Positions 7,187 to 16,578 of a stretch of DNA of 29,980 bases are shown piece by piece. Numbering within the stretch: position 1 is the stretch's first letter; each line of letters opens with the position of its first letter. The stretch is from a virus (taxonomy: Duplodnaviria > Caudoviricetes). The stretch covers positions 1 through 29,980 of the IMG/VR virus record IMGVR_UViG_3300038674_000282. One strand, given 5' to 3'. Under the pieces are notes generated by a model, which was given only the letters and a program-made list of their open reading frames with translations, made no database searches and was not told where the DNA came from. Made by a program: the position numbers and the translations under genes.

Positions 7187-8761
7187 ATGGCTGTTGGTGA
7201 ATTTGAAAAAGTCGATATTCCCGATATGTTTGGACGTAAGAAGTATTTTACGCCCTTTACGAGTGAGCAACTCAACAAAGGGAATATTGTAAGCATCGTA
7301 AAAACCTACTACGACCAATTCGCCGCAGAGGTTCCGAGCATCATGTTCCTTCACGATTACTTCAAAGGCAAACAGCCAATCCTTGACAAGACGAGGGACG
7401 AACTCGCCCACGCAAACTCTAAAATCGTAATCAACCTTGCGAGAACCGCCTGCAAAAACATTAAGGCGGCGTTTATCGGAGAGGAAACACAATACCTTCC
7501 CATCGACAGCAACAGCGAACAGCAAAAGGCGGCGTTAAAGAGCCTGCTTACGCTTTACAGGCAGATCGAAGAGCCTGCGCACAACTCTCGCATTGAAGGC
7601 GACCGTGGCAAGTATGGCTACGCCTACGAGTTTATCAAAATGCAAAAAAACGGCAAGACGAAACTCAAACGCCTTCTGCCGTTTAAGACCTCTATGGTAT
7701 TCAGCGAAGACGACGAAGATGAAGTTGTGTTTGCTTATAACTTCTACGAACGCCTGAACGAAAAAGGCGAAAAAATCGGTCTTCATTTCAAGACTTACAC
7801 CCCCGCGCTATGCTTTGAGTTTGACACAAGCACGTCCTGCGAACTCGAAGGCGAGGTTAAAGAGGTCACGAACCCAATCGGCATTATCCCGATTGTTATG
7901 TACCCGAACAATGACGAATTGATGGGCGACTTTGAACCCGCAATTCCTATCCTCGATGCCATCAACAAGACATACAGCAACAGGATAGACAATATTGACG
8001 ACATCGTTGAAGCGTTCCTCGTTTTCGTAAACACGGAGATCTTCGAGCAGAAGACGGACGAAAACGGGAAGGTCACTTACGACAACACGAAACTCAAAAC
8101 CATGAAGAAAAACAAGGCTATTGAGATCCGTGGAGAGCAGGGATTGCCTGCCGACGTGAAGCACGTCGTCAATAAGTTAGACCAAAAGAACATTCAGATC
8201 GTTTGCGACAACCTTGTAAGGCTCGCCTACGTCGTAATGGGCGTTCCCGATGGCGTAAACTCGAAATCGAGCGGCGGTTCAGACAGCGCAGAAGCAGACA
8301 AAACGATGGAAGGCTTCGAGCAGTTCGAGCAACTTCTTAACGACAAGGAGCGGCTCTTCAAGAAATCCATCAAACTGCGTTTGGCTATTATCCGTGAGTT
8401 GCATAAACTCGATACGGCGACCGACCTGTCGAAACTCGAACCCGAAAACGTCGATATTCGCTTTATCCGCTCCAAGAGCCTGAACGGATCTTCGGTTGCG
8501 GTTATCATTCAGACATTGCGCAAGACGGGACTGTTCTCGCCTGATACGCTTATTGCTCTGTCTAACCTCTGCGAAAGCCCGCAGGAAGAAATCGACAAGA
8601 TCACCGGCAACTTCAAAAAGTTGCTCGACGAAGGCAAGATCACGCAACTGCAATACAATATGCTCGTCGTTGCGTTCTATTGCCCAAATGTGGACTTGGC
8701 AACCATATTCCCGAATGTTGCGCAGGACAACGGTTCGGGAGAAGGCGGCAACAATGAATAA
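7187..8761 (+). CDS. portal protein (SPP1 gp6-like)
   Basis: Motifs YFKGKQPIL, KIVINLA, IPIVMYPNN..GDFEPAIPILDAINKTYS. Follows terL. ATG 7187 has RBS GAAAGG. Confidence 0.92.
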   Translation: MAVGEFEKVDIPDMFGRKKYFTPFTSEQLNKGNIVSIVKTYYDQFAAEVPSIMFLHDYFKGKQPILDKTRDELAHANSKIVINLARTACKNIKAAFIGEETQYLPIDSNSEQQKAALKSLLTLYRQIEEPAHNSRIEGDRGKYGYAYEFIKMQKNGKTKLKRLLPFKTSMVFSEDDEDEVVFAYNFYERLNEKGEKIGLHFKTYTPALCFEFDTSTSCELEGEVKEVTNPIGIIPIVMYPNNDELMGDFEPAIPILDAINKTYSNRIDNIDDIVEAFLVFVNTEIFEQKTDENGKVTYDNTKLKTMKKNKAIEIRGEQGLPADVKHVVNKLDQKNIQIVCDNLVRLAYVVMGVPDGVNSKSSGGSDSAEADKTMEGFEQFEQLLNDKERLFKKSIKLRLAIIRELHKLDTATDLSKLEPENVDIRFIRSKSLNGSSVAVIIQTLRKTGLFSPDTLIALSNLCESPQEEIDKITGNFKKLLDEGKITQLQYNMLVVAFYCPNVDLATIFPNVAQDNGSGEGGNNE

Positions 8762-8951
8762 TAAGCCGTCGAGATACAAGAAAGTTCGCTGTCCCATCTG
8801 CAACAAGGTTATTACGGAAAGCGAACTCGAATACGATTTTAATTGCACCGGCGCACCGACCAACAGGTTTTTGTGTCCGCGTTGCAAAAAAATGATCTTC
8901 TACACGGTAAGACCGAAGAAGGACGACACGCCCGTATCGACCAAAGCGTAG
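8754..8951 (+). CDS. small Zn-ribbon protein (Mu Com-like)
   Basis: 65 aa with VRCPICNK...LCPRCKK. Overlaps the portal stop. Confidence 0.7.
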   Translation: MNNKPSRYKKVRCPICNKVITESELEYDFNCTGAPTNRFLCPRCKKMIFYTVRPKKDDTPVSTKA

Positions 8952-8986
8952 AGATCAATAATTGTTACCAAGCGAAAATGCTTGCG

Positions 8987-9036
8987 AAAGTGCTTTGCAC
9001 CTACCTCGAAAGAGTGTACGGCGTAAGGCACTTTTT
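8987..9036 (+). terminator. extended hairpin with GAAA tetraloop + T-tract
   Basis: AAAGTGCTTT...TAC-CTC-GAAA-GAG-T-GTA...AAGGCACTTTTT. Confidence 0.6.
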
Positions 9037-9133
9037 GCCTTTTAATAGGTGTGAACGTCGCAAATTGCGGCGAAAACATAATATTTTTAGAACTTGAAGG
9101 AGTTAAGGACTTCAAGGGCAAAGGAGAACAAAA

Positions 9134-9709
9134 ATGGAAGAAGTTAAAAATCAAGGTGCAAATGGTGGCAATTCGGGCAACGGAACCGAAGGGGCAAACA
9201 TTGAGATGCAACGCGAGATCGACAAAGCCGTAACAAAGGCTTTGGCTACCCAAAAAGCCAAACTCGACAAAGAGTACGGCGACAGGCAGGCAGAACTTCA
9301 AGCGAAACTCGATGCTTTTGAGAGCAAGGGCTTGACCGATGCAGAGAAAGCCGCAAAACAGATCGAAGCGGCGGCGAAGGCAGAAGCAAAGTTCAATGAG
9401 CAGTTGAAGCGTTTGGAAGTCAAACAGCAGTTTGTCGCTATGGGCGTAGAAGAAGCGGATTACTCTCCCGTTATCGACGACTTCTTCAAAGGCGACTTTA
9501 CGGGTGCCACTTCCAAACTGTCGGCTATCGTTGAGAAAAAAGCAAATCAACTCGCAGAGGAGAAATTCAAAGCGAGTGCGGCGAACATCCCCGATCCGAA
9601 GACGGGTTCCGACGGCGGCGGTATGACGAAAGAGAAGTTCCAAAAACTTACCTACTCTCAACAGATGGCAGAACTCGAAAAACACCCCGAATATGCAAAA
9701 TTCATCTAA
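9134..9709 (+). CDS. capsid scaffolding protein
   Basis: Coiled-coil, charged protein ending MTKEKFQKLTYSQQMAEL...PEY, directly before the capsid gene. Confidence 0.85.
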   Translation: MEEVKNQGANGGNSGNGTEGANIEMQREIDKAVTKALATQKAKLDKEYGDRQAELQAKLDAFESKGLTDAEKAAKQIEAAAKAEAKFNEQLKRLEVKQQFVAMGVEEADYSPVIDDFFKGDFTGATSKLSAIVEKKANQLAEEKFKASAANIPDPKTGSDGGGMTKEKFQKLTYSQQMAELEKHPEYAKFI

Positions 9710-9737
9710 CAAAAAAATCATAAGGAGATAAACTATT

Positions 9738-11090
9738 ATGGCACAGTTTGACAGCAAAACTTTTAATCCCGAAGTCTTCGGGAAATACGTTGAACGCATC
9801 CCCAATCTCACGAGAAACGAACTGTTGAAATCTCGTGCGATGGTGCAGAGGGACGAACTCAAAGCATTGTTCGCACCGCAGACGGGCGCATTCAAAGGCA
9901 CCTTGCCCTATTTCGGCAAGATCGGCAAATCCACCAAGAACTATGACGGTCAGACCAACATCACCCCGAACGGAAGCGAAACCTATACGCAGACCTATAT
10001 CGTCGTCGGACGTGCGGATGCGTGGACGGAAAAGGACTTCTCTTCCGACATTACGGGCGGTGTTGACTTCATGGATAACGTCGCTCAACAGTTGGGTATC
10101 TATTGGGACGAGGTTGACACCAACACTCTCACCAATATCCTCAAAGGCGTTTTCGCCATGAGCGCGCACCCCACTTTCGCAAGCAAGCACACTTACGACA
10201 TTTCGGCAGGTGTGGGCGATGCGGCGAAGTTCGGCGTTACCACGCTCAACACGGGCATTCAGAAGGCTCTCGGCGACAACAAGTCCAAGTTCGCGCTTGC
10301 GATCATGCACAGCCTTGTTTCCACGAACCTTGAAAACCTCAACCTCATCAACTACCTCAAATACACCGATGCGAACGGCGTGCAGAGAGATCTGTCTATC
10401 GGCACTCTCAACGGCAGAGTTGTTCTTATCGACGACGGCGTTCCCGTTCTCGAAGTTGTCGGAACCGCAGGCGTGTACACGCTGAAAATCGACACGAACG
10501 CCGCTTCCACCGACAAGATCAAAATCTTCGGTGACGAGTGGGTTGCGGGTACGGACTTCACCGTGGGTGCGAACGCCGGTGCGACCGCTACCAACCTCAA
10601 AACTGCTCTCGCGGCAAAGACCACCGCGCCCTACACCGCCTACACCTACACGGTTGAAAGCGACACCATCACCATGACGATGAAGACCAATATCGCCGTT
10701 CCCGCGAAGCCTGCGGTTTCCAAAGTCAGCGGCACCATCGCCTTGACCTACGCCGAAGCAACCGAACCCGTTTCCGCGTACAACTATACGACCTACGTCT
10801 TCGGCGAAGGCGCGATCGAATACTGCAACGTCGGAGCGAAGGTTCCCTATGAAATGGCGCGCGATCCCGCGACCAACGGCGGCGAAACCACGCTGTACGG
10901 CAGACAGAGAAAGGTCTTTGCTCCGAAGGGTATCTCCTTCGTTGGCAATCCTTCCACCCAATCCCCGACCGACGAGGAACTCGCAACCGGCTCGAATTGG
11001 GACGTTGTGAACAACGGCAAAGAGGGCGGCTCCAAGAAGTACATCGACGACAAGGCGATTGCCATCTGCCGTATCATTTCGAGAGGTTAA
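9738..11090 (+). CDS. major capsid protein with internal ~100-aa insertion
   Basis: FDSKTFNPEVFGKYV, GRADAWTEKDF, IGTLNGRVVLIDD, RDPATNGGETTLY and WDVVN motifs typical of Firmicutes phage coat proteins. Confidence 0.92.
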   Translation: MAQFDSKTFNPEVFGKYVERIPNLTRNELLKSRAMVQRDELKALFAPQTGAFKGTLPYFGKIGKSTKNYDGQTNITPNGSETYTQTYIVVGRADAWTEKDFSSDITGGVDFMDNVAQQLGIYWDEVDTNTLTNILKGVFAMSAHPTFASKHTYDISAGVGDAAKFGVTTLNTGIQKALGDNKSKFALAIMHSLVSTNLENLNLINYLKYTDANGVQRDLSIGTLNGRVVLIDDGVPVLEVVGTAGVYTLKIDTNAASTDKIKIFGDEWVAGTDFTVGANAGATATNLKTALAAKTTAPYTAYTYTVESDTITMTMKTNIAVPAKPAVSKVSGTIALTYAEATEPVSAYNYTTYVFGEGAIEYCNVGAKVPYEMARDPATNGGETTLYGRQRKVFAPKGISFVGNPSTQSPTDEELATGSNWDVVNNGKEGGSKKYIDDKAIAICRIISRG

Positions 11091-11096
11091 TGTATC

Positions 11097-11408
11097 ATGT
11101 CACAAACGGCGATAAGAGATAGGCTGTTTATCGAACTCGGTATATCTGCCGAAGACACCGCGAAAGCGGCTTTGGCAGATAATGCCTTGTGGCAGGCGGC
11201 TGAACTCATAAAAGAAAAGCGCAGAACTGCGGAAGTAGAACCGCGCTTTGAACACATACAGTTTCAAATCGCCGTAAGGATATGGAACATTCGCGGCATC
11301 GAAGGCGAAATCTCTCACGGCGAAAACGGCATAACGAGAAGTTATAGGAGCGACGGGCAAATAGCAGACCTTTTACAAAGGGTGTTGCCGCCCGTAATTG
11401 TGGGGTGA
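11097..11408 (+). CDS. head-tail connector/adaptor (SPP1 gp15/HK97 gp6-like)
   Basis: GIEGEISHGENGITRSY motif; synteny. Confidence 0.8.
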   Translation: MSQTAIRDRLFIELGISAEDTAKAALADNALWQAAELIKEKRRTAEVEPRFEHIQFQIAVRIWNIRGIEGEISHGENGITRSYRSDGQIADLLQRVLPPVIVG

Positions 11409-11412
11409 TTGT

Positions 11413-11784
11413 ATGAGAGTAAGCACCGCAAGGAACGCCGAAAACAACAAGAACGTCATCCTCAAATATGCAAACCGAACCTCAAATGAGCCTTCCGTTT
11501 CAGATTACGGCGACGAATATTACACATACGAAGAGCCGTGCTGTTTGGAAGCGTGCGTTATGCCGTTCAAATCGGCGGTAGAAGCGAAAGCCTATGGCGT
11601 GAGCCTTGCCGGTGGTCGGAAGATCACTCTAACGCTTGAAGAAGGATCTCTGTTCAATGAGTTTACTCATATTTGGATAGAAGCGGAACCGAGCGACGAA
11701 GGCGAGTATTACGTCAAGAACGTCATACCTGCTTTGAATAGTTGTTTGTTGATAATTGAAAGGAAGGACGGGCATAATGAGTGA
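11413..11784 (+). CDS. head closure/stopper protein
   Basis: Synteny and size. ATG 11413 follows GGGGTGA. Confidence 0.6.
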   Translation: MRVSTARNAENNKNVILKYANRTSNEPSVSDYGDEYYTYEEPCCLEACVMPFKSAVEAKAYGVSLAGGRKITLTLEEGSLFNEFTHIWIEAEPSDEGEYYVKNVIPALNSCLLIIERKDGHNE

Positions 11785-12256
11785 TCCACAGAAAGCAGTT
11801 TCAAGAGCAATGAGCGGCTTGGAAAACCTTGTACAAAACATAGGCAACCTCGGCGACACAATGCTTGAAATTGCGGACGAAGGGGTTGACATTGTGAAGT
11901 CCGAAATGGAGAGATACAACATACCTACTACGGGCGATTTAGGAAACAGCATCAAGGCTACAAAGGTGGATGCTATGACCGCGCAGTTGGAAGCAGATGG
12001 CGGGCACGCTACGTTCGTCGAATATGGAACGGGTATCGTGGGGGCAAACAGTCCCCACCCCGAAGCCGCAGAGGATAGCGTTGTTTACGATAGGAACAAT
12101 CACGGTGAAAGCGGTTGGACTTATCCGAAAGACGGCAGATTTTATCACACAAAAGGACAGCCGAGCAGACCGTTTATGCTGTCTGCTCGTAGCAAAATAG
12201 CAAAGCGAGGGAAAACGCTTGTAGTCAACAAATTAAAGGAGAGCCATAATGATTGA
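11777..12256 (+). CDS. HK97 gp10-like tail completion/neck protein
   Basis: TGDLGNSI, FVEYGTG and TKGQPSRPFM motifs. Confidence 0.85.
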   Translation: MSDPQKAVSRAMSGLENLVQNIGNLGDTMLEIADEGVDIVKSEMERYNIPTTGDLGNSIKATKVDAMTAQLEADGGHATFVEYGTGIVGANSPHPEAAEDSVVYDRNNHGESGWTYPKDGRFYHTKGQPSRPFMLSARSKIAKRGKTLVVNKLKESHND

Positions 12257-12686
12257 TATTTTTCCGCAAATTTACGCGGGCATAAAAGCAAAACTCGGTC
12301 TTTATAGGCGATCCACGGAAGGGGCGGCATTGCTCGGAACAAGGAACATTGAGTTCCATAACGCCTATACGCGAGTAGAGCAACACTTCCCGTCCGTTAC
12401 CGTCGAAGAAAAGCGTAACGCCATATCGGAAGACGAGATGGATTTGGTCGAGAAGCGCGCTGAACTCGTGTACGATGTCAACGTGTACGACAACGGCAAA
12501 AACCGCACGGAAGTATGCCGCAAAATTGCAAGCGTGATTGACGAGTACATGGCAAAGGAGATGGGCTTTCAACGCACGGTTGGAGAGCCGTTTCCGAATG
12601 TTGGCGATAGTACGATTTACAGATACCTCTTGCGTTACGAGGGGTATTGCGATACCGAAACCGGCAACATAACAAAAACAAAATAA
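12249..12686 (+). CDS. tail terminator protein
   Basis: FPSVTVEE...YDVNVY...GFQR...YRYLLRY; synteny before the major tail gene. Confidence 0.7.
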   Translation: MIDIFPQIYAGIKAKLGLYRRSTEGAALLGTRNIEFHNAYTRVEQHFPSVTVEEKRNAISEDEMDLVEKRAELVYDVNVYDNGKNRTEVCRKIASVIDEYMAKEMGFQRTVGEPFPNVGDSTIYRYLLRYEGYCDTETGNITKTK

Positions 12687-12706
12687 TTACAAGGAGAACA
12701 AAAACT

Positions 12707-13405
12707 ATGAGTATTACCAATCCTGTTGCACATAGCGACAAAGGGTGTCAGTTGTGGGCTTGGAACGAAACCGCAGGTAAGTACAAGTACCTCGTTCCTG
12801 TCAGAGCGGTACCCGCGACGGGAGCCGCGCCTTCCACGATTGAAGTTACCGAGATGGACAGCCCGCGCAAGCAGTATATTTTCGACCGTGACGACACTTC
12901 CACGATGGAGTTCGACTACAACTACACGGCTGATAAATACGCCGCGTGCAAGGCGGTTCTTGACGGAGTTACCGAAAACAAGTTCCTCGTCACCTACCCC
13001 GATGGTAGCGGTGTGAAGTTTGAAGGTGCCGGTAAGACGTGGAGAGATGCGGTCAGCACCGGCGGCGAAATTGTCGGCAAGATCTCCGTCGCCGTTCTTT
13101 CTATGGACGACGTAGACGACTGCTCGTCTATCGTCGATGCAAGTACCGTCCCCGCAGGGCGCGTTTCGCCCTTCAACACCAACGAATACACCGTTTCCTT
13201 CAACCTGAACGAAGGAACGGGTACTGCGGTTGCGAGCATGACCTGCGCAAGCGGCGGTTACATCACCGTTCCCGACTGCGATGCCGTCCTTTCAAGCGAC
13301 GACTTCAACTGTTGGAACACCAAAGCGGACGGATCCGGCGAGAACATTGCCGTTGGCAGTAAGTTCTACGCAAGCGCGAACGTCACCCTGTACGCCAAGT
13401 ATTAA
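12707..13405 (+). CDS. major tail protein with C-terminal InlB B-repeat/Flg_new-like domain
   Basis: Tail-tube-like N-terminus (PSTIEVTEMD). C-terminus YTVSFNLNEGTG...WNTKADGSG...VTLYAKY. Confidence 0.85.
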   Translation: MSITNPVAHSDKGCQLWAWNETAGKYKYLVPVRAVPATGAAPSTIEVTEMDSPRKQYIFDRDDTSTMEFDYNYTADKYAACKAVLDGVTENKFLVTYPDGSGVKFEGAGKTWRDAVSTGGEIVGKISVAVLSMDDVDDCSSIVDASTVPAGRVSPFNTNEYTVSFNLNEGTGTAVASMTCASGGYITVPDCDAVLSSDDFNCWNTKADGSGENIAVGSKFYASANVTLYAKY

Positions 13406-13416
13406 GGAGAACCTGT

Positions 13417-13764
13417 ATGAAACTCAAAATCGCATATAACGACAAAGAATACACTCTCGGCTTTACGAGAGCAAGCGCAAAGAAAATGACACAGATCGCG
13501 GGGAAACTCAAAGATAACGACGACATCGTTGAGAATGCCGAAGTTATCATTCGCGCTTCCCTGTTCGACAAGCACGCAGACCTTCCCGAAGAAGAAGCGA
13601 AAGCGGTGGTCGGGTATATCCTCGACAACTGCCAACTTGTTGATAAGGAAGAGGAAGGAAAGACCGAGAAAGGTCTGATTACCTACCTCAACGAAATGCT
13701 TTCGGAGTGTATGCCGAAGGGTTTTACGGGAAAGACGGGAAAGGGGTTCAAGGTGGTGGATTAA
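13417..13764 (+). CDS. tail assembly chaperone (gpG-like)
   Basis: Lies between major tail and tape measure genes, with slippery sites at its 3' end. Confidence 0.8.
   Translation: MKLKIAYNDKEYTLGFTRASAKKMTQIAGKLKDNDDIVENAEVIIRASLFDKHADLPEEEAKAVVGYILDNCQLVDKEEEGKTEKGLITYLNEMLSECMPKGFTGKTGKGFKVVD
13719..13743 (+). promoter_or_regulatory. programmed -1 ribosomal frameshift site(s)
   Basis: In-frame heptamers G GGT TTT (13719), G GGA AAG (13728) and G GGA AAG (13737). The -1 frame is open to 14147. Confidence 0.8.
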
Positions 13765-14147
13765 GTTCCGCTCCCGTAAGGCAACCGTCTTTCAAAGAAT
13801 ATTGTGTTGACCTTGCAGATGCCCTTGACGACCTATGCGCTCAAATGCTCGCTGTTGGAATGCCATACGACCTGTATTGGCACGGCGAGATGGAAGCCGT
13901 TGATTGCTATCTGAACTCTTTGAAATACAAGAGAATGATGGACAATGCGGGCTACCACTTACAGGGCGTTTACTTCGTCAAGGCTCTGCAAGAAGTATTA
14001 CAGTTCACAAAGAACCCCGTAGAAATCTATCCTGCATCTCCCATTGACTTGCAGGCAAAGCCGCATGAGCCTACCGAGGAAGACGAGGTTGCGGAAATGA
14101 AGGCTCAATTCGACAGAATACGAAAAGGAGTGAAGAAGCATGGATAA
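13728..14147 (+). CDS. tail chaperone frameshift extension (gpT-like)
   Basis: ORF 13707..14147 is in the -1 frame relative to 13417..13764 and contains LAVGMPYDLYWHG. Its start is approximate. Confidence 0.8.
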   Translation, partial: GKDGKGVQGGGLSSAPVRQPSFKEYCVDLADALDDLCAQMLAVGMPYDLYWHGEMEAVDCYLNSLKYKRMMDNAGYHLQGVYFVKALQEVLQFTKNPVEIYPASPIDLQAKPHEPTEEDEVAEMKAQFDRIRKGVKKHG

Positions 14148-16566
14148 TACCACAAACATTATCTACAACATAAAAGCGATAGATAATGCGACCGCCACGC
14201 TCAACGCGATCCACGCTTCCTTACAGGCTTTGCGAAAGCAGAGCAATGTTACTATACGCATCAAGACCGTGTATGATACGAGAAACAATATCACGAACAC
14301 GGTCAAGGACGTATATAAGGCTTCCGCTACGATAAGCGCGACTGTCAAACGAACCCTTGTCGATACCTACAAAACGGTGGAAACCCACCAAACGAACGTA
14401 ATCAACAAGAATAAGACCATCAACGATACGCTCAATCGGACAAAGAACGTCACGAAAGACGTTGCGAAAGGCGCAAAGGACACGAGTTCGCATTTCAGCA
14501 CTTGGACGAAGAATATCGGCAGGTTTTTGAGTAGGTTCATCAATGTTCGCAGGCTCCTAAACGCGGCAGTAAGCACGTTAAAGGAAAGCGCGGAATGGAC
14601 GGAGAACCTGCACCTTTTTGAAGTTGCCTTCGAGAATGCTTCCGAAGAAGCGTACAACTTCGGGGTTACTCTTTCCGAAGCGTTCGGCACGAGTTATAAC
14701 GATGCCGTGCGCTATCTTGCCGTATTCCGTCAAATGACGAGTGCGATCGGCATAGCGGACAATACCGCCGCAAAGATGTCGAAAACTCTTACCGCGCTCG
14801 GCTACGACATTGCTTCCCTCTATAACTTGTCTATCGAGAGCGCAATGGAGAAACTCGAAGCGGGTATCGCCGGGCAGACGAAGCCGCTCCGTACCCTCGG
14901 TATGGATATTACGGCGCAATCGCTTGACAATTATCTATCGCAGACTTTGAAGTTGGGGAATATCACTTCAAAGCAAATGACACAAGCCGATAAGATGATT
15001 TTGAGAACCATAGTCATTATGGAGCAGGCTCAAAACGCTTACGGTGATATGGCAGAAACTATCAACACCTTTGCAAACCAAGTTAAGGTGTTGCAGGGAT
15101 CCGTCGATAACTTCAAGTTGGCTATCGGCGATCTGATACAGACGTATTTCAAGCCCGTTGTTTCGTTCCTTGCCGGTATCATTATCGCAATTACAGACAT
15201 TATCCGCGTTTTCGCACCTCTTGAAGACACGAGCGGCATTGATAACCTCACAAACAGTCTTGCGGGTGTTGACGAGGAACTTCAAGACATCGTGGAAACG
15301 ACAGGATTGCTCTCTTTTGATAAGTTCAACGCCCTTACGAAAGGAAACTCACAGGGCGGCGCAGGCGACACAACCTCTATTCTCGAAGGCGTGTTCAGCG
15401 AGAAGTATGAAGAATATATGAAGTCGTTTAACGAAGCAATGAAGAGCGTTAAGAACGATGCAAACGAGATCGCCTTGAAGATCAAGCAATGGGTGTTCCC
15501 ATTCGCAGATTGGGACGAGAAGACGGGAAAACTCATCGGAGAACTCGGAGAAGTCAACGTCGTTCTTCAACTTATTTGGACGACATTGAAAGTGATAGTT
15601 GCTATAGCCATAGCAAAAAAGGTCACGGCACTTGTGCCGATTTTGCAGAACGCCGCGCTTCAAATGAAACTTCTTTCGATGGATTGCAGAACGCTCGGTT
15701 CTTCCGTTCAGGCACTCAAAGTGGGCATTGAAGCACTTTCGGGAGTATGGGCGTTTGTGTTCATATACCTGCTCATAGATACGCTTACGCGGCTCGATCA
15801 ATTATCCGAGAAGCAGAAAATCATTCGCGGCGTAATTATCGGGCTTGTGGGCGCGCTTTGGCTCTATTCAAGCGGCATGGGAATTGCGATAGTTCAAACT
15901 GTCAAGTTCGCATTCGTTGCGATTGCAAATGCGATAAAATCGCTCAATACGCTTACGGCAAACATTCTCGCAAAGCACGTTCCCGCGCTATTGAAGTTTT
16001 CGGGAACCATAGGCGGTTTGATTGTCGGAATAGCGGCTCTTGCGGCGGGTATCACCTACTACATTACGAGCATGGACAAAATGAGTACGACAGCGAAGGT
16101 GCTGATCCCGATCATTGCCGCACTTTCTGCGGTGTTCGTTGGTTTGGCTGTTGCAAAAGCGGCGGCGGCGGCAGGCATTGCCGCTCCTGTTATGGCGGGC
16201 ATCACGGCGGCGGCATTGACCGCAGGCATTGTTCTCGCGGCAGGTACCGCAATGGCTGTCGGCAAATACGAAGAAGGCGGCATCCCGCCCAAAGGTCAGA
16301 TCTTCATTGCAAACGAAAACGGCAAGCCTGAACTTGTCGGCAATATCGGCGGCAATAACGCAGTTGCGAACAACGACATGATCGTTGCGGCTATTGAAAA
16401 CGCCGCGTTCCGTGGTTTCCTGCGGGCTATCGACACGGCAGGAGAAGGCTCTTCTTCTGCTTCCAACAAGGACATCGTGCTTGTCGTAAGCGGGAAGGAA
16501 CTCGCAAGAGCAACCGCCGTAGATATGGCAAACGAGTTCGGAAGGCGCAATATCAAAATAAAGTAA
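14140..16566 (+). CDS. tape measure protein
   Basis: 808 aa, helical and Ala-rich with hydrophobic stretches. C-terminal YEEGG...FIANENGKPELVG motif; synteny. Confidence 0.9.
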   Translation: MDNTTNIIYNIKAIDNATATLNAIHASLQALRKQSNVTIRIKTVYDTRNNITNTVKDVYKASATISATVKRTLVDTYKTVETHQTNVINKNKTINDTLNRTKNVTKDVAKGAKDTSSHFSTWTKNIGRFLSRFINVRRLLNAAVSTLKESAEWTENLHLFEVAFENASEEAYNFGVTLSEAFGTSYNDAVRYLAVFRQMTSAIGIADNTAAKMSKTLTALGYDIASLYNLSIESAMEKLEAGIAGQTKPLRTLGMDITAQSLDNYLSQTLKLGNITSKQMTQADKMILRTIVIMEQAQNAYGDMAETINTFANQVKVLQGSVDNFKLAIGDLIQTYFKPVVSFLAGIIIAITDIIRVFAPLEDTSGIDNLTNSLAGVDEELQDIVETTGLLSFDKFNALTKGNSQGGAGDTTSILEGVFSEKYEEYMKSFNEAMKSVKNDANEIALKIKQWVFPFADWDEKTGKLIGELGEVNVVLQLIWTTLKVIVAIAIAKKVTALVPILQNAALQMKLLSMDCRTLGSSVQALKVGIEALSGVWAFVFIYLLIDTLTRLDQLSEKQKIIRGVIIGLVGALWLYSSGMGIAIVQTVKFAFVAIANAIKSLNTLTANILAKHVPALLKFSGTIGGLIVGIAALAAGITYYITSMDKMSTTAKVLIPIIAALSAVFVGLAVAKAAAAAGIAAPVMAGITAAALTAGIVLAAGTAMAVGKYEEGGIPPKGQIFIANENGKPELVGNIGGNNAVANNDMIVAAIENAAFRGFLRAIDTAGEGSSSASNKDIVLVVSGKELARATAVDMANEFGRRNIKIK

Positions 16567-16578
16567 AGGAGTTGAACA

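Noticed and set aside
9702-10961. Long antisense ORFs (also 8900..9901, 15988..17343, 5464..6201, 25329..26114)
   Set aside because: They are shadows of well-supported + strand genes, with no RBS or recognisable motifs.
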